Source of the DNA: Entomortierella parvispora E1425 | Taxonomy: Eukaryota; Fungi; Mortierellomycota | Direction of reading: 5' to 3' | Assembly: GCA_020891255.1 (NCBI GenBank) | Contig: BQFW01000012.1 | Coordinates: 2,108,001-2,172,000 of the forward strand | DNA length: 64,000 nucleotides | Shown here: one piece after another, positions 36,615 to 48,497 of the stretch | Layout of the letters: each line of letters begins with the position of its first letter | How positions within the stretch are numbered: position 1 is the stretch's first letter | Notes under the pieces: model-generated | Seen by the model: the letters and a program-made list of their open reading frames with translations, nothing else | Database searches by the model: none | What the model was told of the DNA's origin: nothing | Program-made: the position numbers and the translations under genes

Positions 36615-39421
36615 ATGACCGACACGGCCCCTCAGGAACAAGGCTCGCCCACCCTTGACGACTTTTTGCCCTCTTCCACTTCGACAGCCAAGGCCCTTCC
36701 GCGCCCGCTCTCCATCCGCCACAGTCAAAGCTACACTCCCGGCTACGGTCAGGACTACTCCCCAGGATATGACCCAACCCTCCACAGCCCTACCTCCCCG
36801 ACCTCTCCTACCTCTCCCTCGACACGACAAGAAACCAACACAGACCACCAGCGGCGGAACCTTGCTACGTCGCGCTCTTCAAACTCTCTCCACTATATGG
36901 CCACGATGACCTCCTCCCCTCCGGTCACCAGCTGTAACAGTAACATGCCCCCCTCTGTGCACTTTCAGGCAGACCCCAGCACTCACCACAATAATCGGCC
37001 GCAACCCTTGACCACCCTTCGCTCCTCGCCCTTCTCAAACCCCTTCAAGAAGCTGCAAAGCTCTTTTGGTAACACTGGGAGCTCCAAAAAGAGCCTTGAC
37101 CTTCAATCGCCCCCGAACTCAGCCCACACCACTGGCTCAAACACGACTTCAAACTCCCGATCAACCGAAAAGTCCATCTCCTCGTCATCCTCGACCAGCT
37201 CTCTCACCTCGTGGAAATCTAAGGGTGCAGAAATGCTGTCCAAGACGTCCTGGGGGCGCATCAGAAAGAGTAAGTCGGGAAAGTGGCCCAGGGAACAAAG
37301 GGACAGTGTGGAAACAAACAGGAGGCTGGCTTGAATGCTGTTTCGCGTGCGCACGCGCTGGACTGAAGACAAGGAGTGAGACCCTTCCTTTTTCTTTTCT
37401 CTTCTCTTGAAGAGCCTTTGTGCGTCACTGATATCCCTATCGCACCTTTTTACTCACGATATGACCTTTCTTTGGACAGATTCAGAGCCACTGCTGGGCA
37501 ACAGCAATCTGACATCGACATCGCCTGGCGGGCCCATTTTTGGAACCAATCTCGAGGACGCCGTTCGGATATCCCATATTGCAGATACGCCCCTTGTGCC
37601 AGCGGTCTTGTATCGATGCGCCGAATTTCTGGAAGCCAAAGGCGTGGACGAGGTTGGCTTATACCGGTAAGTGAGACAACAGATACTTGTTTTCTTTCAG
37701 CGACACATGCATCAATGTTCAGTTCTCTGGCGTTTTGTGCCTGAATGGGATTTCACAGCCTTGACCAAGCAACGCACAGCGATTTTCAGAGCAAGGAAAA
37801 TACTCCCGCGGGGAAAGCGACCCCCACCTCAGTTCCCCTGTTCCCTTTTTGCTTACACTCTCAAACCTGAATGAATGAAATGTGTGAATGCAATTTATGT
37901 TTGTGCAACCACAGACCATTTGGGTGTATTGTTCCAGTCCTAAAACTGTGGAGGAAAGAGCAATTGAAAAAAATGGATCTTTTTTTTATCATTTTTGAGA
38001 ATTGGAAAAGTGGACTTTTGGCAATAATCATGGCCCCCCTGAGGGCCGCAGGGGTACATGGGTAATAATGACAATATGTCTGTAGAGCAGCCTAACCTGA
38101 CTGGGTCGCATTTCAATAGAGTCCCAGGGAGCCACGCCAATGTACAGCGACTCAAGCGCGTGTTCGACTCTGGGAGGGACTTCGATCTGCTTGCTGCAGA
38201 TGGCATCGACCCCAACGACATTGCCACCCTGCTCAAGCTTTATTTACGAGAATGTAAGCCGGGGACATTCTCAGTCATCCAATTTTAATCGGAGATGTTG
38301 ATTTTTTTTTTTTTTGTTGCATTTTACATCCAATGTTGGGCGCTGACCTTGCCTTCTTCCCCGGGATGTTTTTCTTTTGAATAGTACCAGCGCCACTTTT
38401 GCCTCCCGCGATGCTGGAGCAATTTCAGTCTTTGCTGTCAACTGACCGACACATTTGCCATACCCTCCGAGGCATTCTCATCCGACTGCCCCATACCAAC
38501 TATGTTGTCCTTTCTTTTCTTTGCCACCACTTGTCAAAGATTGCCTCGCGTTCGGAAAAGACAAAAATGACAGTTTCGAATCTCGGCGTGGTCTTTGCCC
38601 CTACGCTTTCGATCGGCAGTGTTCTCTTTAGGGCCTTGCTCGGTGGATTCTATGACCCAGTCGAGACAAACGAGAACAGGGAAAAGGGACTAAAGATTGT
38701 CTGGGGCGGTCTCTTGCAGGAAGTGGGGTATGGCACACAGGACTGGCCTGAGGATGAAGATGAAAACACAGAAAATCAGGGCGATGCTGGAGAAAAAGTG
38801 GAATATCATGAATATCAACAACAACAGCTACTGCAACATCATCAACAACAACTCCGACACCAACAGTCCATGCCGGCTCTTTCTCCATTCAGCGATCGGT
38901 ATGCAAACAATGCCACCTATTTCGGCACTGCAGGATCTCGCGGTGGAGTGGGTCCATTGGATCAAGTTGAACAACCTACCTCCCAGAACCCTTTCAGTTC
39001 AGATCAGTCTGGGGACCCTACGAGTACCAATGAAAACGCTGAGGCAGAAGAATCTAGACTGATGAATGCCATGCTTCTCAAGGAGGAAAGCTCGCATGGA
39101 GACCGCACTCCAAACTCCTCAAACTCATCTGTCGTGGATTTAACGGGACCATCCTTTCAGACTTCGACAGCTCTGCCCAGCCACTCTCAATTCACGACCA
39201 TGTCAGCCTCTGCTACCAGCAGCAGGAACAGCAGCAGCAGCAGCAATGTCAGCGGGCAGGAGCTGTTGGTCTCGCAACAACCATCACCGCCCCCGCATGT
39301 TTCGATCGAGACAGGCACAGGGTCGGCCTCGCAAGAAAGTCAGCCCATCTCACCATCCAAGGCCTCGACCGAGGAAGCGCCACGGCTTCCCCCGATCGAT
39401 GGGCTGTCAATAGCGCTATAG
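36615..39421 (+). CDS. RhoGAP-domain protein with disordered N- and C-termini; 4 exons
   Basis: Motifs IFGTNLED, VPAVLYRCAEFLE, GLYR/VPG (arginine finger across an intron), DIATLLKLYLRE, NYVVLSFLCHHL and KMTVSNLGVVFAPTL. Confidence 0.92.
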
Positions 39422-39650
39422 AAAGAGAAGGGCAACAATAAAAAAAAAATTGCGAGAAACAAAAGCTATCGCAAGCTCAAAGTGATATGGTGATGGATGA
39501 AATAGACTCGCCCACCGTTTTTTGATTCCATCCATCGCCATCATCGCTCTTTGCTTCCGCCTTACTTGTCGTACTTCTTTTCACATCCACGCCACCTCCC
39601 AGTGACTCTTACCTTCAGGATCATTCATCGTCAGCGCAGTCAGTCTCAAC

Positions 39651-42600
39651 ATGCAATCGGCAATATCACCGCCGTCGGCTGGAAAAGAACAAACTGGATC
39701 AGAAACCTCTTCGGACCATTCGCCTCAGGGCTGGTCCAAAAGCCGTGCCTCCAGCGCCTTTGGACAGAGCAGTGGCCCTGCCCGAGATCCACGGACACCC
39801 CAGACTCCTCGACCATTTGTGTTTCGACCCCCTTCGTACTCTCACAAACGGCCCCAGGTCTCGTCACTGTCAGCAAATACAGGATTCTTCTCCTCTCCAA
39901 TCGTCCGTCCTTTGTTCAGCCTAAGATCCACTCAGAGCTTGGCTTCGATACAGTCATCAAGAGCCAACATTGAAGCCGGTCAACATCCCAACGCGAGCAG
40001 CAACAGGAGCACAGAGATGATGGAGACTCCATGTGCCTCGCGTTCAAGAAAGGCATCATCAACTATGGATGGACAACTTGGTTCATCTCCGGTTATTCAG
40101 CTACCCACATCGAATGCGATCGTGACTCGTTCCAACCAAGGTCATGGGGAAGATGATAGTGCATCTAAGGTCCAGGTAATGAATTTAGTTCCGCTTGCTT
40201 CAATGTGGGTCATGACGACTATTATTTACTTACCAGAGGGGGATACCTTTATATACAGCAACAGGTACAGGAAACTGAGGACCCAGATCTGGAGTGTACC
40301 TTGCCTGCTCAGTCGGACGATCACCAGCAATTTGACACAGATTCTACACACAACTCAAAAGTGGAGGAGCAGAGAAAACTACATACCGACGTTTCTTCGG
40401 GGGAGCACTACAAGCCCACTTTAACGGATGGCAGCCACGAAATGAGTGCCCCTGGCTCTAGCTTGAACCGTGAAGCCTTGCTAGAACAGTCTGCCTCTGT
40501 TGCGAGAGCAGTGGATTTCAGTTCTTCAAGGCTAGATTCGAGGCTAGATTCAAGGCACCAGGATCTGTCGCGCCACCTGGACTCGATGTTTACGGATGTC
40601 GCTCTTGAACTACAGTCGAAGGATGTGCAAATCAACCAATTGGTACAGTCGACACTGGCATGACTCAATGTCAAACAAAAGAAAGGGATACTCACACATA
40701 ACACTCTTTGATTTCTTGCTTAGAGGGCCGTATTGGGAGGCACCAAACAAGACCTTGATCGGATAGTGCAACAGAACATCGAGCTTTCAACTAAGGAAAA
40801 AGATGCCCGACTCTGGAATGATCGCCTTCAGAAAGTGGAAAATGATCTTCGATGTGAAATACAGGAGCTGCAAGAACGAAACAAAGAGCTCGTGCAGTCA
40901 GGATTGGATGCGACTGAAAAGATACGATTGCTGGAGATTGGTGAGTCAATAATCTACTATGGCCGAAAACGAACCTTCTCCTAGGATTCTTACATTCATA
41001 CTATTGAATTGATTCTATAGACAATGTCAGAATGAACGCAAACAACAAACAGCTCAAAGAGGATGTTATTAGGCGCATTGAGTTGATCAAGAGGTCATGT
41101 TTGGAAGACGAGAAAGCATTGAACGAAGGATCAGTCGAGATCTCTTCCTTTCACGAGCAGCTCTTATCGTTGCAGGGTTCAGTGAAAGAGTTTCGAAGCC
41201 ACCAAGGTACAAAAATGCCCCTATCATAGTTGTCATTGGCATTCTAGACGGTCATCTAACTAAATGCTTTCCCTCTAATGCAGTCGCTCTGGGGGAAAGA
41301 GTCGAGATCGCACGACAGCAGTTGACAGAGGGGAAGCGAAAGTTGGTGACCAAGTGTGAAGATCTTGAAATAGAGTTGGCTTCACTCATGAAGGCAGGAT
41401 CCGTGGCGCAGGGAAGCTTGGAAGTTGCCCGTGAGAGGTACTCAATATTTTGAACGTTCGCATGTTTGACATACTCCTTCTTAACCAATCATTCCTCTAG
41501 GATAACTGCATTGGAGGGGTTGCTGCTCGCCTCAGTCGAGAAAGCAAACGGTCTTAGCACTGAACTGGAGGCAAAAGGAAATGTCGTAGAAGCGTTCATA
41601 GTAAACAACGCTGCGATGACCAACGAGATCCAACTGCTTTCACGCAGCAAGGACTTTGAGAAAGAAACATTGCAGGCACAGCTCAGTCAACTGAATGACG
41701 TGTATGATTTTGTATGAGATTAATGCACCAGTCTAGAGACCACTAATAAGCTGACCTCTACATATAAAACAGGTACCAGGAAGAAGTGCTAGACCACACA
41801 AGGACCAAAAGTATCATGGCTATTTTGAAGTCTACCTTGGAAGAAACGGAGAAAATGTGAGCCTGTCGATAGTAGTGATCATGTTTGCTCTATTTTTGCC
41901 TTGTCTAACAACACGTTCTATCTTCTGCAGGTACACCAGTTTGAAGGAGATATCAGCAAAGCCCGAGTGTACTGTCACAAGCGTCTCGACTTCTGACGAC
42001 CCACAGCTTGATCTGCACATGCAATTTATTCGACTCAGCGCGGAGTTCAGGGACCTGGAGTCCAAAATTCGAGATCAAACGCGTCAAGCGGATGCATACA
42101 CAAGCTTGTGTGCTTCCCAGCAAACAATCAACTCCACGTTGACGCTCGAATTGAATGTAAGTCAATGAACACGATAATGTATAGTTGGGTCAACAGCAAG
42201 TACAAAGACCGACTTTGTTGAGGTGCAAATAGGCATCTCAAAGGCGATGCCAGGATATTGCTGAACTTCTGGAAGAAAAGTCGAAAGATCTCCAGGAAAT
42301 GAAGAAGGCCGTCGAATCCTCGAATTTGAGGATGACTTCACAAGCGTGTGAGATCGAGAAATGGAAGAGTGCCACGGCAGCTGAGAAATCAAAGGTAAAA
42401 ACCTAAACCTCAATCACGTTGGACCGTGTCTCGTTTGTAATAATCGGTCTGATGCGTCCTCCCATCCATTGCAGCACCTGAATCAAGTCGAATCCAACAT
42501 CCAAAACCTCAAAGTGTATTCCGATGACATTGCATCGTGCCAAGCAGAGCTCAAGGTACAACCTGAATTCACTCTTAGGTGGAGGTATTCTGGCATAGAA

Positions 42601-43909
42601 AAATGACAAGCAGTTCATTATAGGCACTATCAGGCCAAGTCATTGATTTGGAAAATAACCTTCAACGAAAGGACAGAGAGATTTCTTCCTACCAGGAGAG
42701 GGCCAACAAATTGGTAGGTCGTTGTCAGGAGTGACTCGGATGTAATTCGCTGTGTTAATCCCTCAATGTGGTGTATTGTAGGAGCAAGAGTTGAAGATCA
42801 GTTTACAGACGATGGAGGAGCAACAGCAAAGACACCACTGTAACCTCGTCCAAGAGCGTCAAGCACACAAGAGAGACCTGGAATCTTTGCGAACGGAAAT
42901 TCAAACACTGGCTAATGCCTCTCGGAATGTTCCGGCAAGTTCAAACGCTCAATCCACACTCATCTTTTACATGACTCCAATTTGATCCTCTAACACAGTC
43001 AATTTGTAGAAGATCGACAGTGGGAAAACGCCAATGGGACTCACTCAAATTGCCAGATCTTTTAGCCAAAACTTATCTGAGGAGGACTCTTGGATCAGTG
43101 GTTTTGAATCTGCGCAAGGGAGTGCGGTAACAGGAGAAAGTGCGGTAGGTTGAAACTTTGAAAGCCAACTTTGCATTCAAAGTGGAAACGACAGAAGGAC
43201 TAAACAAAGATTCGCCGTATTGCGTGGTTGTAATACCCAGAAGCCACTCCAACGGACTGGGGAGTTTACTGTTTCTCAGGAAAAGCATGTTCCGGACATG
43301 GGGATCCAAAATGACACTTACCAGGCGATCACGTCCCCAAAGTCACTGGGGAAAAGAAAGGTAAAACGGGATAGACCATTCCTAATCGCCTCACAAGGTA
43401 ATGGAGTTTTCCAGCTAAGGTTGTTCTCTTTTTGTGGTTGTTTCCTTTAGAAATCAGAAGCGGACAGCATTCCCGAGGAGAGAGGTCCAGATCAAGGGGA
43501 TGACTTGGACCAGGAAATAGCGAGTTCTTTCATGATGGACGACGCTTCAGCCCCACAAATCTCATCGATGAGGCCCAAGAAGAGAGACGTATCAACTACC
43601 CAGACTCCGGCGACAAGTTCAACAGGCCTGCCTCAATCCTCTCAGGGGATAAAAGACGAGGAAGAGGAAGTCCCCTTGACAAGAGTTTTAAGACCACGCA
43701 GCAAGAGAATTCGTGCTTCATCATCAGCCATGGTCCCACCACCAGACTCTGAAGTGGTAGAGGTCGATCCGGACGAAAGTGATGAATTCTGGCCGTCTCC
43801 TGTATCAAAACCCAAAGCTCGAGCTATCTTGACTTCCAGTGGTATGAAACGAAGCGGATCAAGCGCATCTGGACGGAGGAGAGGCGGCAAGGTCCAGAGT
43901 GTGGAATAA
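39651..43909 (+). CDS. Hypothetical long coiled-coil protein with Ser/Pro-rich N-terminus and basic disordered C-terminus; many short introns
   Basis: A chain of short heptad-rich exons (e.g. KQDLDRIVQQNIEL, LQKVENDLRCEIQELQE, ITALEGLLLAS) bounded by GT-AG sites; terminal exon about 43450-43909. The exact exon chain was not fully resolved. Confidence 0.65.
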
Positions 43910-44060
43910 CTGGCTGGCTCCTCATTGGGGTGCCACAATTCACCATATTATTGCATCCGGCCAGATGACAATGTGCATCTTTATTTGATTTAGTTCACCT
44001 ATCATTCATTATCTTTCTGACTACTCGCAATAAACAAAAGAAAAAAAACGAGTAAAGAGA

Positions 44061-45879
44061 TTAGGCATGCACTTCCTTCGAAGGAAGATCACGATCAGTT
44101 GCCGATCCAAACGGGTGATGCAGTCTCGAGGAAGCGGAGGTTCCATGACCTGCTCCGAGATTGGATGGGATGGAAGTTAAGGGGGTTCCTGTTCTGAAGA
44201 TGGATGCTGTTGTAGGCGCGAAAGTTCCAGTCGCAGTGGTCGAAAGGTTACCAACAGAAGCCGAGGCAGCCGAGTTCAATCCTAGATGTGAATGCGGTTG
44301 TTGTTGATGCTGATAATGAGACGTTGAAGGGTCTTTTAAACCGGGTCGATTCATTGGCAAAACCCCAGTGGAGCTGGCGCGCTCCATCTCAGGACGGGCG
44401 AAAGCTGGTACAGGTGAAGCCGTTGCTGTATGTGAGGGAGTACTTGTCTTGGAGGGGAATGTGAACAACGAGTGTCCACCTCCAGTACCGCCACTACTGG
44501 CCGTACTTGTGTTCCCAGCCGTGGAAGGCATCGGCAACATGAAAGGAGAGACAGGACCATGGTGCCCAGGACTTGAGAACGATCGCTCCATCGGAGTCAA
44601 GGAGGAGTCCACACTCTTCTTGCGCAAGTACCTCGGCAGCGCCTCGTTCAGCGAGGGCATGGGCGAGTTATTCCGGCTCAACACCGCCAAGTCCTGATGG
44701 CTCAGCAACTGGGGGTGAGGATGGTGATGTGGATGAGGCGCTGACGTATCGGAATGTTGATACAAATGCAATGCATCCAACGAAGGGGGCAAAGCCGATT
44801 CCACCAGCCCCGTCGAGTGCAGGGGCGTCGATCGTCCTGTCGCATTCCCAGATCCGCCCCCCAAGCCCGCATCCGATCGTCGTCTTGCAAACAAGCCGCC
44901 GCCACCACTACTTCCTGAACTGCTATGTTCTACCCCTCCAGGGTTGGCACCGGTCACTGCGCCTGGCAGCGAAAGCCAAGGAACGGGGCCCATGGAACCC
45001 GGTAACCGTGCAGGCGAAGAAACACCGATTTCACCGTTTCCGCCCTCATAAAACTTTGCCAGGAAAGCAGGCGATTGCGTCGTCGATAGAAGCTGACCTG
45101 GCGCATGCTGATGAGCCAGCTGATGATGATAATCCACAGCCGTAAAAAACGGAGAGTTGGCGGTTGAGGAATTCGCCGAGAGCTTGGTAGGAGAAGTCTG
45201 TCCAGAGTTCTGGCCGCTATAATGAAGGAGAGGCTGAGGATGTTGCTGATGGCGAGGACTATTGCTATTGGAGGGCAAGGCAGATGTAGAAGTCGAGCGT
45301 CCCATGAAACTCGGTTTAGAGGCGGAAGGGGCGGCTGTAGAGGAAGTGGCAGAGAGCGAAGTCGAGGAGGAAGAGGACGAAGGCTTGAGCATGCTCAGGC
45401 CAGATTTCGATTGTACCGCCTTGGTGGCCGATGCTTTCGTCGGTCCTGAAGTCGATTGTTGTTCCTGTAGCCGACTCTGCATTCGTTTTTGATATTCGTG
45501 TGCCTCACGAAGGGTCTCAGTATCGGCCTGCAATGCATTCCCCCGCGTTCAAGAAAAAAAAATGATGATCATGATGATGTGATGATGAGGGGTGTCAAGA
45601 AAGTAGGGGCAAGTGAGGGATATAGAGGGTAATCATCAAGCAGGCACCCAATACCGAAGGAGGGAACAACAAACAAAGACAAGGGGGAGGGCATGGAAAC
45701 GAAGTTGGGGGTACAAAGGAGGTGGTCAGTGTTTCCGGAAGATCCAAATAAAGATTTTTTTTTTTTTTTTGCACTTCTTTCACACGCTTTCGGGGGAGGT
45801 TTTGTTTGGTCTAGAGTTCTTTTCTTTTGAACGATCCACGCAAGATCAGTCATACCTGGATACCGTATATTGTCTCCAT
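44061..45879 (-). CDS. Hypothetical intrinsically disordered Ser/Thr/Pro/His-rich protein with a 24-nt first coding exon
   Basis: The ORF 44061-45533 lacks an ATG and has a ttgcag acceptor ending at 45528. Exon 45879-45856 (METIYGIQ) followed by a gtatga donor splices to it in phase 0. Confidence 0.7.
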
Positions 45880-46351
45880 GATGAAGAGGATGATTAAAGA
45901 AAAAGAGGGAACAAGACAGAATGAGAGGAGAGAGAAAGAGCGAGAAAGAGAAAGAAAGAAAAAAAAAATGAGGAAGAAGGGAGAGTCGCGAGCGTGGAGT
46001 TTGAATTTGTTTGCTAGGAGGTGCAAAGGGGGTGCAAGAGGCGCAATGGAGTCAAGTGAAGTGCAGTGGATGAGTGAGAAGGAATGAACTTGAAGAGAAA
46101 GAAGAAAGAAAGGAAGACAGGAAGAAGAAGGTCTGGAATGAGCAAAGAATGTCGGTGGTGACATGAGACAAGCGAGCCCAGCATAGGGCATCCTTTGCCT
46201 GCCTCTACGGCTGGGGTGGAACCCTTCTCACCTGTCGTATCTCACGTCTGTGCCGCACGGGCCACTGGCGGAGCAGCATGATGGCAGGTGACCCCTTAAT
46301 GTGAAGGGCGTGCGACTCAATAGAATACAGTGACATAATATATCGCGCCCA

Positions 46352-46476
46352 ATGTCCTTTACCATCCAGCTGAAGGGTGTTTTGGAATGCAAACATTCGT
46401 GCTTACTTGTCCATCCAACCCAGATATTGCCTAGATCTCACAGGAAGTACAAGAAATGGAGCCGCTGACGAAAAAG
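46352..46476 (+). repeat. Inverted, diverged copy of the last intron and exon of the REase-fold gene (48524-48656)
   Basis: The 15-mer tgcttacttgtccat at 46400-46414 exactly matches the reverse complement of 48597-48611. Shared blocks atgtcctt, catccagctg, caaacat and tgacgaaaa; translation RNGAADEK versus RDGTGDEK. Confidence 0.7.
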
Positions 46477-46936
46477 GCTGGCCTCATCAGACCTTAGCCC
46501 TTCATCCCTTCAAGAAGGCTGATACCCTTCTAGTAACATATCTTCGTTACAGCAAGCTCATAAGCAGGGTGACCGACAGTCATTCATGCCACGAATAAAA
46601 ATGATAAATTTATTACAAGTAGATGTGCAGCAGGATCTTGCTGTTTGCTGTGTTGGGTTTCTGTGAATCCAGTGCCGGCCCTTGCGTTGTTCAAAGCGTC
46701 GCTCTGGTATCGAGGATCCGGGCCGTCGTTGGGTAATAGCGAATGGCGCGACGCTGACGTTCCAGCAGGCCTGGTATGAGTCCGTTGCAAGAGATATTCA
46801 AGAGACTTTGGGCTTGACCAAAAGGCGACATTAGAAAAAAAAAGGGCCACAATGTTGTTAGTTCCATTCTCAACGGACAGCCTTTCACAAAAAATGAAAT
46901 ATGATAAAACAAATAGGAAAGTGGTAGGAAAAGGCA

Positions 46937-47493
46937 AGGCTGTAGGGGACCAGCTTCAACGCGCCTAAGAAGGAGCTGGCTTCAGGTATCCCGACTGGAC
47001 AACACCCTCAAGTGAGGGAGTGTCCGTCATGTCTGGCAGATACCTGGATACCTACCTTATACTGTGGACAAATGTCTTCGACAGCATTTGGCAACCACTG
47101 GCAACTTTTGTCAGCGCAGTGAGCTTGGGATAGAAGGGCATTTGCCTTCATCGCACCCCAGCACGTGCAAAGAGCCCTCGGAACCCAACAAGAACAACAG
47201 TGGAGTTTGAGCAATTACTGAGAGAAGAAAGTAGAGGCTGTAGGGGACCAACTTCAACGCGCCCAAAAAGAAGCTGGCTTCAGGCATCCCGACTGGACAA
47301 CACCCTCAGGTGAGGGAGTGTCCGTCATGTCTGGCAGATACCTGGATACCTACCTTATACTGCGGACAAATGTCTTCGACAGCATTTGGCAATCACTGGC
47401 GACTTTTGTCAGCGCAGTGAGCTTGGGATAGAAGGGTATTTCACCTTCATCACACCCCAGCGCATGCAAAGAGCCCTCGGAACTCAACAAGAA
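46937..47493. repeat. Tandem direct duplication, period 298 bp (copies 46937-47194 and 47235-47493)
   Basis: Both copies begin aggctgtaggggacca and end caacaagaa, are highly similar throughout, and differ by scattered substitutions and a 1-bp indel. Confidence 0.95.
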
Positions 47494-48497
47494 ACATGGT
47501 GCATGTTGATGAAAAGAGTACTGCGAACGGGGCAATAAAAACAACACAAAAAAAACATTCTCTACTTCCATTTCCGCAGCACTTGACGTTATTGATTCCT
47601 GTGCTGATACGACTTTTATCCGGCTTGGGAATTGACTTCTGGCATTGCTTTGAACGCGTCGAAGAGTAACTAAATGAGAGAAGAATGCCAGCACAGAAAC
47701 AAATGTTGTTGTTAACAGGCATGCAACAAATCACCAAAACATTAGCAAGGGTCATTAGCGGAATGACGATTGTTCACCATGCGTCAACCACTTCGTCAAA
47801 CAAAAAAAAAAAAAGGTAGTGGAGAGCTGGAGGAGCTGGAGGAGCGCAATAAACATCTGGATGAAGTTTATGTTGGCAAATTACCTTCAATATGCGTCAG
47901 AAGCAGGCACTGTGGAATGGAAGAGGTGTTGAGGAGGGAATGGTAATGAAAATGTGAGAGAGCGCGCAATGACCTTCGTGGCCGAATTTTGAACGAACAG
48001 CACATTTTGCGCTAAAATTATGTCACGGTATCACTCGGTCACGTTTTTACGCGTTTTTCGCTGGATCCGTGCACCGGCCGGAGCGGAGGAGCGCCTCCGA
48101 TCTGAGGGTTGGTTTGAATGCGTCATGGTGCAGGTACTCGTAATCTGACCCCTTGTATTCTCTGCTGTCCTCTCCGCACCCACCTTTGTTATTACTTATT
48201 ACGTGCAAGGACATCCGTTAGCTTACACTCAGCTTCTGGACTGCTCTCTTACAACGTATCTTGGATAGAAAAGTAGACCATGGCGCGCCACTGCAACACC
48301 TGTCACCGACATCGGAGGATGGGTCAAGTCAAAGCACCAATAGCAACACATCATCCAGCCTTTAATCAATTAATCAAGGACCACGCGTTTTCATTCCACT
48401 ACTTTTCCTCTTCTTCAAGGCGCCTGTTGTTTGCTCAGGAACTGTGTCAAGATCATTCACGGAGCCTGAAGATGACTTGTCTGCCTTTTTTTCATGA

